Assembly: GCA_025965715.1 (NCBI GenBank)
Contig: JAOPWJ010000053.1
Location: forward strand, 1,291 to 65,290
Origin: Blastococcus sp.
Lineage (GTDB): Bacteria > Actinomycetota > Actinomycetes > Mycobacteriales > Geodermatophilaceae
Length of the DNA: 64,000 nucleotides
Direction: 5' to 3'
This document shows, in pieces, positions 18,704-28,234 of the stretch. How positions within the stretch are numbered: position 1 is the first letter of the stretch; every line of letters begins with the position of its first letter. A model generated the notes under the pieces. That model searched no databases, was not told the origin of the DNA, and saw nothing but the letters and a program-made list of their open reading frames with translations. Both the position numbers and the translations under genes were made by a program.

Positions 18704-18735
18704 GAGTGAACAGTGTTAGCTAACGGCGCTCACTC
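18704..18735. promoter_or_regulatory. palindromic operator between MMPL and TetR
   Basis: GAGTGA-ACAGT-GTTAGCTAAC-GGCGC-TCACTC in an AT-rich divergent promoter region. Confidence 0.7.
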
Positions 18736-18789
18736 TGCATACACCGTTTACTATTGTCAAGGGACCGAACCACGGGAGGAACGAGCCGC

Positions 18790-19542
18790 ATGGCGGAGCT
18801 GGCTGCCGAATCGCCGAGTCGCCGCGAGCGCGCCCGGGCCGACACGTTCCGTGAGATCAAGCAGACCGCCCGGCGGGTGCTCGTCGAGCACGGCGTCGAC
18901 GGCCTGGCGCTGCGCGCCGTCGCCCGCGAGATGGGTATGACGGCCCCGGCGCTCTACCGCTACTTCACCAGCCGCGAGGACCTCGTCGAGAACGTCGTCG
19001 CCGACCTCTACGACGAGCTGTGCGACGTCCTGGAGGCCGTCCGGGACGCGGCGGAGCCCGCGACCCCCGCCGTCCAGCTGATGGAGGTCAGCCGGGCGTT
19101 CCGCCGCTGGGCGACCACGCACCATGCCGAGTTCGGCCTGCTCTTCGGCAGCGCCGGGGAGGACGTGCTCCCCGCCGGCGTGCCTACCGACGGCGAGCGG
19201 CCGGCACAGCTGGCCGCCGCCCGCTTCGGCGCCGTCTTCGCCGCCCTGGTGGCTCGCATCTACCTCGAGCACGGATTTCCGGTGCCGGCCGACGAGGACC
19301 TCACCCCCGGACTGAAGGAGCAGCTGGAGGCCTGGTGCGCCAAGCTCCCCGTGCGCCTGCCGCTCGGTGTGATGTCGGTCTTCCTGTCCTGCTGGATCCG
19401 GCTCTACGGAATGGTGTGCATGGAGGTCTTCGGGCACCTGCGGTTCGCCCTCGACGACGCCGCCCCCATGTTCGAGGGGGAGCTGCGCAGCCTGGGTCAG
19501 CTGCTGGGAGTCCCCGACGAGTACCGCCCGCCCGCGAGCTGA
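18790..19542 (+). CDS. TetR/AcrR family regulator (WHG-like C-terminus)
   Basis: LALRAVAREMGMTAPALYRYF helix-turn-helix; WIRLYGMVCME; divergent from MMPL. Confidence 0.92.
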   Translation: MAELAAESPSRRERARADTFREIKQTARRVLVEHGVDGLALRAVAREMGMTAPALYRYFTSREDLVENVVADLYDELCDVLEAVRDAAEPATPAVQLMEVSRAFRRWATTHHAEFGLLFGSAGEDVLPAGVPTDGERPAQLAAARFGAVFAALVARIYLEHGFPVPADEDLTPGLKEQLEAWCAKLPVRLPLGVMSVFLSCWIRLYGMVCMEVFGHLRFALDDAAPMFEGELRSLGQLLGVPDEYRPPAS

Positions 19543-19770
19543 TGTTCCGCTGTCGCGGCAGCCGCGGAATGGTCGCGAGAACCGCCACATGACGCGGCTC
19601 CCGCGGCGATCTGCCGGCTTCGGCGGCCGAGTCGGGCGGCATGTGGTGGCGGTGGACCGCGGTCGTGACGAGGCTCACTGCTAGCAATCTGCTTGCTGGA
19701 GTTAGCACTCCAGGGTTGCGGGGCATGAAGAAGAGCGTCAGGTCATCCCCAACTTTTGGAGTCCACCGTC

Positions 19771-20742
19771 ATGACCGACACCAACAAGCTCATCAACCAG
19801 CTGCGCGCTCTCGTCCTGCTCACGCAGACCGAGGAGCAGGTCGCACGGACGCGGATCACGCAGGCCCGTACGGACGCCGTCCGCCGCGAGCTCACGCAGA
19901 ATGCCGACAACGCGGCCGCGCGGACCATCGAGATCACCGAGCAGCTCCGCGCGATCGGCGGCGTGCCGGACGTCGTCACCCCGGCGATCGGCCGCCTGTC
20001 CGCCGTCCTCAAGGCCACCTTCGAGCAGGCCACCCCGCTCGAGGAGGCCCTGATCGGCGACCTGCAGCTCGAGCACCAGCTGCTGGACCGCGCCACCTAC
20101 GTCAAGGTCCTGGCCGACAAGGCCGGCGAGACCAGGGTCCGCCAGCTCGCCGAGAAGCTGATCACCGCGCACGAGGCCACCGTCGAGTGGCTGACCGTCG
20201 TGCTCGCGGAGGAGGCCCTCGGTGGACCCGTCGCTCTCGAGGCGACCCCGCTGCAGCGCGTCGCCGGCGGTGTGGCCCGCGCGGTCAACGCCCCGGTGCG
20301 CTTCGTGGCCAACACGGTGAACAACGCCGTCGACACCGTGCAGCACGTCGGGGACGAGACCTCCGAGCGCTTCGGCGCCGTCGCCGGCCGGGCCGCCGCC
20401 CTGACCGACGCCGTCAAGGAGACGCTGATCGCCGGCCGCAGCGCTTCCCTGCGCAAGGCGGAGCAGATCGCCAAGCGCGAGGGAAACAAGGACGCCGCCA
20501 AGGCCGCTCACGAGGCCCGCGAGGAGCTCGGGGACGTCTCGGGCGACGAGCTGCCGATCAAGAACTACGACAACCTCTCGGTGAGCGACGCCGTCAAGGC
20601 CGTCAAGAACCTCAAGACGCCGCACGACATCAACGTCGTGATCCGTTACGAGGAGACCCACAAGGGCCGGGCCAATGTGGCGAGCGCCGCGCAGACCCAG
20701 CTGGCCGCGCTGGCCAAGGAGGCCGTGGGCGTCGGCTCCTGA
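19771..20742 (+). CDS. ferritin-like domain protein
   Basis: TEEQVA...GDLQLEHQLLDRA...AHEATVEWL; C-terminal LPIKNYDNLSV..YEETHKGRANV; strong coding bias. Confidence 0.8.
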   Translation: MTDTNKLINQLRALVLLTQTEEQVARTRITQARTDAVRRELTQNADNAAARTIEITEQLRAIGGVPDVVTPAIGRLSAVLKATFEQATPLEEALIGDLQLEHQLLDRATYVKVLADKAGETRVRQLAEKLITAHEATVEWLTVVLAEEALGGPVALEATPLQRVAGGVARAVNAPVRFVANTVNNAVDTVQHVGDETSERFGAVAGRAAALTDAVKETLIAGRSASLRKAEQIAKREGNKDAAKAAHEAREELGDVSGDELPIKNYDNLSVSDAVKAVKNLKTPHDINVVIRYEETHKGRANVASAAQTQLAALAKEAVGVGS

Positions 20743-20743
20743 A

Positions 20744-20799
20744 AGAGGCCCCCTGCACCCGCTGCTCGCGCGCTCGCGGCCGGCCCCTGCAGGGGCCGG
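20744..20799 (+). repeat. REP-like palindromic repeat, copy A
   Basis: GAGGCCCCCTGCACCCGCTGCTCGCGCGCTCGCGGCCGGCCCCTGCAGGGGCCG; similar to 37061, 37595 and 63526. Confidence 0.6.
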
Positions 20800-20833
20800 A
20801 GGGCCCGCATCCCAACCGGGGTGCGGGCCCTCC
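20798..20833. terminator. hairpin terminator
   Basis: GGAGGGCCCGCA...TGCGGGCCCTCC. Confidence 0.6.
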
Positions 20834-20914
20834 GTGCGTCCTGCGGCAGTTCACCGAACGTGATCCGCGCGGCACATGCGTGTGAGGTGGCGCTGGGGCG
20901 GGGACCCTGGACCC

Positions 20915-21325
20915 ATGCGCATCACACCGGAGGCCCTCGAAGACGAGTTCAGCCTCACCACCGCCGCCACCCGCCTGGACTTCCTCAGCCGGCGGGACGG
21001 CGGGGACACCACGCTGAACACCGTCCGGGACCACGACGACGACCACTGGGGGGCGCTGCTCGAGAACGCCGAGACCCGGCTCGACGTCCACGAGTCCCTG
21101 GAGCTGCTGGCGCTGGGCGAGGTGGTGGCCCGCAAGGCGCACGACAGCCGGCTCATCGGCATCCGCGCCGCCCTGCGCGGCGGCGCCACCTGGGACGACG
21201 TCGCCGGAGCGCTCGGCGTCAGCCCGCAGGAGGCCTGGGACACCTACACAGAGGCCGTCTCTGCCCTGGACGCCGACGCTGCCGCTTTCGCCCTCGACCT
21301 CGCCGGGGCCCGTCCCGGCCGCTGA
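20915..21325 (+). CDS. hypothetical protein with C-terminal HTH-like segment
   Basis: ALRGGATWDDVAGALGVSPQEAW; coding-type codon bias. Confidence 0.7.
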   Translation: MRITPEALEDEFSLTTAATRLDFLSRRDGGDTTLNTVRDHDDDHWGALLENAETRLDVHESLELLALGEVVARKAHDSRLIGIRAALRGGATWDDVAGALGVSPQEAWDTYTEAVSALDADAAAFALDLAGARPGR

Positions 21326-21328
21326 AGC

Positions 21329-21610
21329 TCAGCGGATCTCGATGCCCTTCCAGAAGGCGACGCGGCCGGTGATCTCCCGGGCGGCGTCCTTGGGCTCCGG
21401 GTAGTACCACGCGGCGTCGGGGTTGGTCTTCCCCTCCACCTCGACGGTGTAGTACGAGGCGGTGCCCTTCCAGGGGCACAGGGTGTGGGTGTCGGACGGG
21501 CGCAGCAGGTCCTCGCGCACCGCCTCGCGCGGGAAGTAGGCGTTGCCCTCGACGGTGACGATGTCGTCGGACTCCGCCAGCACCGTTCCGTTCCACGTCG
21601 CAGTCGTCAT
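21329..21610 (-). CDS. DUF427 domain protein
   Basis: WNGTVLAESD..VEGNAYFP, THTLCPWKGTASYY, AAWYYPEP, VAFW. Confidence 0.92.
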   Translation of the reverse strand: MTTATWNGTVLAESDDIVTVEGNAYFPREAVREDLLRPSDTHTLCPWKGTASYYTVEVEGKTNPDAAWYYPEPKDAAREITGRVAFWKGIEIR

Positions 21611-22000
21611 GCTCCGATGGTGCACCCATCGGATCGGATCGTGCCGTGCGCTACCAGCGCAGGGGGTAGACGGTGCGCGACTGTGCGGTCCGGCACGAGC
21701 GGCAGTGTCCCCAGGTGACCACGCTCAGGGGCGTCGACGCCTCGCCGCACTCGGGGCAGTCGACCGTCTCGGCCGTCTGTGCCCGGGCGGCGCTGATCTC
21801 CTCGGTCCGTTGCTCATGAATCGTGCCGTCGCCCCGACACGGGCAACCCAGGTGACTCTCAGCGCAGCGTCCACGAACTGTGGGAACGGGGTGCCTCCAG
21901 GGTGGTTGTGGGGGTGCCCCCCCGACGCTACCGGCCCGGACGCGTTCCGGGAACCGTCGCACGGGTGAACCTGGGCAGCCAGGGACCGGTGGGGCAGCCG

Positions 22001-22384
22001 TCAACCGTGCAGCAGGGCGAAGGTGGCGACGGCGTGCGCGAGACTCCGGCCCTCCTGCTCGACCTCGGCCTCGCACACGGTGAGGTGCTCTCCGCGCACC
22101 CGGACCTGCGCCGTGACCTCGAGCGGCCCGGTCTTCCCCGGCCGCAGATAGGTCACGGTGAGCTGGCTCGTCGCCGGCACGTCGCCGTCCCCGGTGGCGC
22201 TGCGAACCGCCTGGCCCATGGCGGCGTCGACCAGGGTGGCCAGCACGCCGCCATGCAGCGTGCCGGCCGGATTGAGGTGGTCGTCTCGGGCCTGGAAGCG
22301 CAGTCGCGCCGAACCGCCGTCCGCGTCGACGATCTCCGCGCCCAGTCTTCCGGCGAACCCGCCGGCTGCGTCGTCCTCGGCCAT
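22001..22384 (-). CDS. PaaI family thioesterase
   Basis: HLNPAGTLHGGVLATLVDAAMG; LTVTYLRP. Confidence 0.9.
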   Translation of the reverse strand: MAEDDAAGGFAGRLGAEIVDADGGSARLRFQARDDHLNPAGTLHGGVLATLVDAAMGQAVRSATGDGDVPATSQLTVTYLRPGKTGPLEVTAQVRVRGEHLTVCEAEVEQEGRSLAHAVATFALLHG

Positions 22385-22526
22385 GTCGCCTTCCTACCCC
22401 TGCTCCGAGGCCGCCATTCGACACCTGGCGACCGGGCCGGACGACGTCCCCGTGCGTGCCGACGCCGCCCGGGTCATGGCCCCAGCCGCGAACGAAAGCC
22501 GTGCGGGCCGTGGTCGTCGGCGGCCC

Positions 22527-22815
22527 TCAGTCCGGCTGGGCGTCCTCGCTGAGCTGGCACAGCGGGCGCCGCAGCCCGCTCACCTCATCCAGCGTCGAGC
22601 CCGGCCAGCAACCGGCCGTCGAACGACGCGGCCCCTCGGCGGAGCCGGAGGAAGAGCTGCTCGCCCGCGTCGGTGACGACCACCGGCTGGACGCGGCGGT
22701 TGTCCGACCGTCGTTCGCGTGTGACGAAACCGGCCCGGGTCAGGCGGGTGTCCAGGTGATGGGGCGAGACCGAGGAGTGGGACGCGGAGTCCGACGTCGT
22801 CGGCCGCTCGGGCAT
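22527..22815 (-). pseudogene. MarR family regulator remnant (truncated, frameshifted)
   Basis: HHLDTRLTRAGFVTRERRSDNRRVQPVVVTDAGEQLFLRLR..SFDGRLLAGL, then stop at 22585; C-terminal helix DEVSGLRRPLCQL continues in another frame; N-terminus missing. Confidence 0.65.
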
Positions 22816-22916
22816 CCGCGAGCTGGCCGGCTGCTCGCCCGAGGCCGCCCGCATCGACCTCGTCGTCGGCACGCCCTGATCCGCGCCGTCGGGCAGCTGC
22901 GTCCGGCCGCCGTCGG

Positions 22917-23228
22917 TCAGGCCAGCCGGTCGAGAAGCGTCCGGGCCAGCGCCAGGGCCGCGGGATCGACGACGTCGGCGTCGGCGGCTGACCGCAGCCA
23001 GGCCGTGAGCGGACCGGCGACGGCGGGGGAGAGGGCGGTGATCCACCCCGCCGTACCGGCACGCGCCTCGGCCACGTGCTCGGTCGTGCCGTCCGCGGCG
23101 TGGGCGATCACCTCCGGCCGGCTGGCCAGCAGGCCACCGGTCCGCCAGTTCCCGGCCGTGGTCCGTGCGGCCAGGCGGTCCAGCCGCTGCGCCGCCGTCC
23201 GCAGGACGGCACGGTCGTCCGACGTCAC
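22917..23228 (-). CDS. hypothetical protein
   Basis: GTGA-coupled to the upstream GNAT gene; VTSDDRAVLRTAAQRLDRLAARTTAGNW. Confidence 0.7.
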   Translation of the reverse strand: MTSDDRAVLRTAAQRLDRLAARTTAGNWRTGGLLASRPEVIAHAADGTTEHVAEARAGTAGWITALSPAVAGPLTAWLRSAADADVVDPAALALARTLLDRLA

Positions 23229-23683
23229 GCCGGTTCCCGGCGCATGGGCACGTGCGGAATGCCGTCCTCGACGTAGCCCCCGCCGCTGCGCCGGAAGCCG
23301 AACCGCGCGTACCAGCCCTCCAGATGAGCCTGCGCACCCAGGGTGATCGCCGCACCGCCGTAGGAGGCGATGCCCTCCTCGATCAGCCGCGCGGCCAGGC
23401 CCTGCCCGCGAAAGGCGGCCGCGGTCGCCACGCGTCCGATCGCGCGCGTGCCGCCGCCGTCCTCCAGCACCCGGATCGTGGCCGTCACCTCCCCGTCCGA
23501 CTCGAACCAGAGGTGCTCGGTCGTGGGCTCGGTGTCCCGCCCGTCGAGCTCGGGATACGGGCACTGCTGCTCGACGACGAAGACGTCGACCCGCAGCCGG
23601 CACAGGCCGTAGAGCTCGAACGGCGTGAGGTCGGCGAACCGCGCCCGGCGCAGGGGCAGTCCGGACGCCGGGGGTGAGGCCAT
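23225..23683 (-). CDS. GNAT N-acetyltransferase, ElaA-like
   Basis: LRVDVFVVEQQCPYPELDGRD, IGRV, AQAHLEGWYARFGF, EDGIPHVPM. Confidence 0.92.
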   Translation of the reverse strand: MASPPASGLPLRRARFADLTPFELYGLCRLRVDVFVVEQQCPYPELDGRDTEPTTEHLWFESDGEVTATIRVLEDGGGTRAIGRVATAAAFRGQGLAARLIEEGIASYGGAAITLGAQAHLEGWYARFGFRRSGGGYVEDGIPHVPMRREPA

Positions 23684-23751
23684 GCGCCGAGTCTGACCGA
23701 CGGCTCGCAGCCGGGCGGGGAGGGCCCTGGCGCGCGCTCAAGCGCCTGTGG

Positions 23752-23770
23752 TTAGGTGTGCCTTACCTAC
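23752..23770. promoter_or_regulatory. IdeR/DtxR iron box
   Basis: TTAGGTGTGCCTTACCTAC matches 15/19 to TTAGGTTAGCCTAACCTAA; directly upstream of the Fe ABC operon. Confidence 0.85.
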
Positions 23771-23786
23771 ATCAGGAGGACATCGC

Positions 23787-24818
23787 GTGACCAGGGCAGG
23801 GCGGACGATCGTCGGCATCGTGACCATCGTCGGCGTGACGGGAGTGCTCACCGCCTGCGGCGGTGACGCCGACTCCAGCGACTCGAGCGGCACCACGCTG
23901 ACGTTGTACAACGCGCAGCACGAGGACCTCATGAAGGCGGTGGTGGAGGGCTTCACCCAGGAAACCGGCATCGACGTCGAGTTCCGCAGCGGTGAGGACG
24001 CCGAACTGGCCAACCAGATCGTGCAGGAGGGCGACGCCTCCCCGGCCGACGTCTTCGTCACCGAGAACAGTCCGTCGGTGCAGGTGGTCGCCGACGCCGG
24101 ACTCTTCGCCCCACTCGAGGGGAAGACCCTCGCCCAGGTGCCCGAGCAGTACCGGCCCTCGAGCGACTCGTGGGTGGGCTTCGCCGCCCGCTCGACGGTG
24201 CTCGCCTACAACCCCGAGCTGATCGCCGAGTCCGCGCTGCCGGCATCGATGCTGGACCTGGCGAAGCCGGAGTGGCAGGGAAAGGTCGGTTTCGCCCCCG
24301 GCGGCGCGGATTTCCAGGCCATCGTGGGCGCGGTCCTGGAGCTGCGCGGCGAGGAGGCCGCCCGCACCTGGCTGCAGGGCCTCGTCGACGGGGACGCCGT
24401 CTACCAGGGCAACAGTGCGGTGATGCAGGCCGTGAACGAGGGCAAGATTCCGGCCGGGATCATCTACCACTACTACTGGTACAAGGATCAGGCCGAGTCC
24501 GGCGAGAACAGCGACAACGTGAAGCTGCACCTGTTCGGCAACCAGGATCCGGGCGCCTTCGTCAGCGTCTCGGGCGCCGGAGTCCTCGCCTCCTCCGAGC
24601 ACCAGGACGAGGCCCAGCAGCTGGTGGAGTACTTGACCAGCGCCGACGGACAGCGCCGGCTGGCCGAGAGCACCGCGCTCGAGTACGCCGTCGCCGAGGG
24701 GGCGGCTTCGGCCGACGTCCTCCCGCCGCTGGCCACCATCGAGGCGCCCACGGTCGACCCGGGGGCGCTCAACGGCCCCAAGGTGACCGAGCTCATGCAG
24801 GACGTGGGGCTGCTCTGA
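23787..24818 (+). CDS. Fe3+ ABC transporter substrate-binding lipoprotein (FbpA/SfuA-like)
   Basis: lipobox LTAC; LYNAQH, SPADVFVTENSP, IIYHYYW, DPGAFVSVSGAGVL. Confidence 0.92.
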   Translation: MTRAGRTIVGIVTIVGVTGVLTACGGDADSSDSSGTTLTLYNAQHEDLMKAVVEGFTQETGIDVEFRSGEDAELANQIVQEGDASPADVFVTENSPSVQVVADAGLFAPLEGKTLAQVPEQYRPSSDSWVGFAARSTVLAYNPELIAESALPASMLDLAKPEWQGKVGFAPGGADFQAIVGAVLELRGEEAARTWLQGLVDGDAVYQGNSAVMQAVNEGKIPAGIIYHYYWYKDQAESGENSDNVKLHLFGNQDPGAFVSVSGAGVLASSEHQDEAQQLVEYLTSADGQRRLAESTALEYAVAEGAASADVLPPLATIEAPTVDPGALNGPKVTELMQDVGLL

Positions 24819-24877
24819 GCACCCCCGTCCTCACGACCCCCGGGGCGCCGGGCCGACCGGCGCCCCGGGGGTCGCGC

Positions 24878-26419
24878 GTGTCCCGCGCCGCGGCTCCGGT
24901 CCTGCGGCGCCATCCGGTGACCCTGGCCCTGGCTGTCGGAGTCGCTGCCCTGGCGCTCCTCCCGCTGGGCTACATCGCCGCCTACACCGTCGACGTCGGC
25001 TGGTCGGGCATCGAGGACCTCGTCTTCCGGCCGCGGGTTGCCGAGCTGCTCTGGAACACCGCCCGCCTGGTCGCCGGCACGGTGGCCTGCTGCGTCGTCC
25101 TGGGCGTCGGCGCGGCCTGGCTGGTCGAGCGGTCCAGCGTGCCGCTCCGGCGGTTGTGGCACGTCCTGCTGGTCGCACCGCTGGCCGTGCCGGCGTTCGT
25201 CAACAGCTTCGCCTGGATCTCGCTCCTGCCCGGCCTGGACACCTATACCGGCGCCCTGCTCGTCGTCACGCTGTCGTACTTTCCGTTCGTCTACCTGCCG
25301 GTGGCCGCGGCCTTCCGCGGATTGGACCCGGCGCTCGAGGAGACCGCGCGCGGCCTCGGTCTGTCCAGCTGGGCGGTGTTCCGCCGCGTGCACCTGCCAC
25401 AGCTGCGCGTCGCGGTGCTCGGGGGCAGCCTGCTGGTGGCGTTGCACCTCCTGGCGGAGTTCGGGGCGCTGCGGATGCTCCGCTACCCGACGTTCACCAC
25501 GGCGATCTACGACCAGTACCGGGCCACCTTCAACGGTCCCGGCGCCACGATGCTGGCCGGCGTCCTCGTCCTGCTCTGCCTGCTCCTGCTCCTGGCCGAG
25601 CTACGGCTCCGGGGCCGGCGGGGGTACGCGCGCACCGGGCACGGTGCCGCGCGGCCCGTCCGGCCGGTGCCCCTCCGGTGGCTGACCGTTCCCTCGCTCG
25701 CCGCCCTGGCCGGGCTCGTCGGACTGGCGCTGGTCGTTCCCCTCGCGAGCCTCGCGTACTGGATGGTCACCGGCTCCTCCACCGCCGTCGACGTGCCCAC
25801 GGTGGTCACCACCACGGGGACGACGCTGGCGTTGGGCGCGGGCGCCGCGCTCCTGACCGTCGCGCTGGCGGTGCCCACAGGGTGGCTCGCGGTGCGGGCA
25901 CGTGGCCGGGTGAGCACGCTGCTGGAGCGCAGCACCTACCTCGGCAGCTCCGTCCCGGGCATCGTCATCGCCCTCGCCCTGGTGACGATCAGCATCCGCG
26001 TCACCCCCTGGCTCTACCAGACCGTGCCGGTGCTGCTCGCCGCGTACGTGGTCCTCTTCCTCCCGCGGGCGATCGTCACCGTCCGTTCCGCGGTCGAGCA
26101 GTCGCCTCCGCTCTACGACGACGTGGCCGCGTCGCTCGGCGCCTCGGCGCCCGACCGGCTGCGCCGGGTCACCCTGCCGCTGATCGCACCGGGCCTCGGA
26201 GCCGGCGCGGCCCTGGTGTTCCTGGCCGTGGTGACCGAGCTCACGGCCACGCTGCTTCTCGCGCCGACGGGAACGACCACGCTCGCCACGGCGTTCTGGT
26301 CGGCGAGCAGCGCCCTCGAGTACGGGGTGGCCGCCCCCTATGCCGTGATCATGGTGCTGCTCTCGGCACCGGCTACCGTGCTGCTGTCCCGCGATGCCCG
26401 ACGAGGTTCGACCACATGA
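24878..26419 (+). CDS. Fe3+ ABC transporter permease
   Basis: LDPALEETARGLG EAA loop, LAEFGA, TFTTAIY, ELTATLLLAP; start uncertain (GTG 24878, or CTG 24815 overlapping the upstream stop). Confidence 0.88.
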   Translation: MSRAAAPVLRRHPVTLALAVGVAALALLPLGYIAAYTVDVGWSGIEDLVFRPRVAELLWNTARLVAGTVACCVVLGVGAAWLVERSSVPLRRLWHVLLVAPLAVPAFVNSFAWISLLPGLDTYTGALLVVTLSYFPFVYLPVAAAFRGLDPALEETARGLGLSSWAVFRRVHLPQLRVAVLGGSLLVALHLLAEFGALRMLRYPTFTTAIYDQYRATFNGPGATMLAGVLVLLCLLLLLAELRLRGRRGYARTGHGAARPVRPVPLRWLTVPSLAALAGLVGLALVVPLASLAYWMVTGSSTAVDVPTVVTTTGTTLALGAGAALLTVALAVPTGWLAVRARGRVSTLLERSTYLGSSVPGIVIALALVTISIRVTPWLYQTVPVLLAAYVVLFLPRAIVTVRSAVEQSPPLYDDVAASLGASAPDRLRRVTLPLIAPGLGAGAALVFLAVVTELTATLLLAPTGTTTLATAFWSASSALEYGVAAPYAVIMVLLSAPATVLLSRDARRGSTT

Positions 26420-27501
26420 GCTCCCTGACCGTGAAGGACTTGACCAAGTCCTTCGCCGCCACCCCGGTCCTGACCGGGGTGGATCTGCACGTCCCGAGCG
26501 GCAGCCTGACGGCCCTGCTCGGACCCTCGGGGTGCGGCAAGACCACCCTGCTGCGGCTGATCGCCGGCTTCGACGACCCCGACTCCGGCACGGTGACCGT
26601 GGGCGGCCGGGAGGTCGCGGGTGCGCGCGGGAGCGTGGCCGCGCGCCGCCGTGGCATCGGCTTCGTGCCCCAGGAGGGCGGGTTGTTCCCGCACCTGTCG
26701 GTGGCCCGCAACATCGGCTTCGGCCTCTCCCGCCGACAGCGGCGCGACGGTGCCCGGGTGCGCGAGCTGCTCGATCTCGTGGGCCTCGACGCCGGTCTCG
26801 GCGAGCGTGCGCCGCACCAGCTCTCCGGTGGGCAGCAGCAACGGGTGGCGCTGGCGCGGGCGCTGGCTCCCGAGCCCTCGCTCGTCCTGCTCGACGAGCC
26901 GTTCTCCTCCCTCGACGCCTCGCTCCGCGACGAGACCCGGGTGGCGGTGGCCTCCGCGCTGGCCGCGATCGGCGCGACCGCCGTGCTGGTCACCCACGAC
27001 CAGGCCGAGGCCCTGTCGATCGCCGACCAGGTGGCGGTGCTGCGGCACGGCCGGCTGGTCCAGCTCACCGACCCCCGGACGCTCTACCGCAGGCCCACCG
27101 ACCTCGATGTCGCGGCCTTCGTCGGCGAGGCCGTCGTCCTCGATGCCGACGTCCGGTCCGGCGTGGCGCACTGCGTCCTCGGCGAGCTCGCCGGCGAGTG
27201 GGCCGGTCCCGGGGACGTGTTTCCCGAGGGGCCCGCCCGCGTGCTCCTGCGCCCGGAGCAGCTCCGCCTCGTCGCGCCGGCGCCCGGCGCGCCCGTGGCC
27301 CGGGTCCGGCGGGTCGACTTCTACGGCCACGACTCGCGGGTGTGGCTGGACCTGCCCGACGGCGGATCGGTCAGTGCCCGTCTGGAGGGCGCCGACGTGC
27401 CGTCGGCAGGGGACGACGTCGCGATCTCGGTGCACGGTGTCGCGCGGGTCTTCCCACCGCAGGCCGCGGAAGACCGAGGGGCCACTGCAGCGGCTCGCTA
27501 G
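26416..27501 (+). CDS. ABC transporter ATP-binding protein (FbpC-like)
   Basis: GPSGCGKTT, LSGGQQQRVALARAL, LLDEPFSSLD; TOBE-like C-terminus. Confidence 0.93.
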   Translation: MSSLTVKDLTKSFAATPVLTGVDLHVPSGSLTALLGPSGCGKTTLLRLIAGFDDPDSGTVTVGGREVAGARGSVAARRRGIGFVPQEGGLFPHLSVARNIGFGLSRRQRRDGARVRELLDLVGLDAGLGERAPHQLSGGQQQRVALARALAPEPSLVLLDEPFSSLDASLRDETRVAVASALAAIGATAVLVTHDQAEALSIADQVAVLRHGRLVQLTDPRTLYRRPTDLDVAAFVGEAVVLDADVRSGVAHCVLGELAGEWAGPGDVFPEGPARVLLRPEQLRLVAPAPGAPVARVRRVDFYGHDSRVWLDLPDGGSVSARLEGADVPSAGDDVAISVHGVARVFPPQAAEDRGATAAAR

Positions 27502-27516
27502 GCAGCGGCGTCCGGA

Positions 27517-28059
27517 TCAGTCGAGCGGTTCCTGCTCGCTGTGTGCGCGCTGCCAGAACGGCACCGCGACCCACCACCACGCCAGCAGGGCGCCGACACC
27601 GCCGGCCGTGACCCATGCCAGGGTCCGGGAGAACAGCACGTCCACCACGAGCAGGAGCGCGGAGACGACGGCCAGCGCGAGCACCAGGGTGCCGGCGTAG
27701 GCCGACCGGCTGCTCCTGCGCAGCAGCGCCTCCTTCTCCTTCTGCCGGAAGAGCACGCGGTGCTGGGCGGCTGGGCCGATGAGCAGCGCGGTGGCGGCGG
27801 CGGCCGACACCAGGGCGACGAAGTAGACGTCGCGCTGGAAGTCGGTGATCTTCGCCGCGGTCTGCTGGAAGGGCACGATCAGCAGGAAGGCGAACAGGAA
27901 CTGGACGCCGGGGAGAGCGACGCGCAGCTCGTTGAGCAGCTCGATGAGCTCGCGGTCGATGCGCTCCTTGTGTGTCTCCCCGTCCTGACCGTGGTCCCGG
28001 CCCTGACTCCGGTCCGGGCGCTGGTCCTGCGCCGACGACCGGCCGACCGCTCGGCTCAC
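27517..28059 (-). CDS. DUF6328 family membrane protein
   Basis: ERIDRELIELLNELRVALPGVQFLFAFLLIVPFQ; GAGGAGG RBS. Confidence 0.85.
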   Translation of the reverse strand: MSRAVGRSSAQDQRPDRSQGRDHGQDGETHKERIDRELIELLNELRVALPGVQFLFAFLLIVPFQQTAAKITDFQRDVYFVALVSAAAATALLIGPAAQHRVLFRQKEKEALLRRSSRSAYAGTLVLALAVVSALLLVVDVLFSRTLAWVTAGGVGALLAWWWVAVPFWQRAHSEQEPLD

Positions 28060-28172
28060 TGGCCCTCCTCGCCCTTGTCCGGCGGCGACGCCGCCGCGCG
28101 GTGTCCATGCCCGGGCCGGCGGGCAGCCATCCATGCCGGGGCCTGGCAGCACGCGAACGGGTGAACGGCGGA

Positions 28173-28220
28173 GACATGTCGACGTGTGCACCTGGCGATG
28201 AGGCGACACGTCGACATGTC
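28173..28220. terminator. perfect 15-bp inverted repeat (hairpin)
   Basis: GACATGTCGACGTGT-N18-ACACGTCGACATGTC, just downstream of the stop at 28235. Confidence 0.55.
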
Positions 28221-28234
28221 GACACCGACCGGCC

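Noticed and set aside
19681-19728. TTAGCACTC (CIRCE half-site) upstream of the ferritin-like gene
   Set aside because: No convincing GAGTGCTAA arm at 9-bp spacing in either direction
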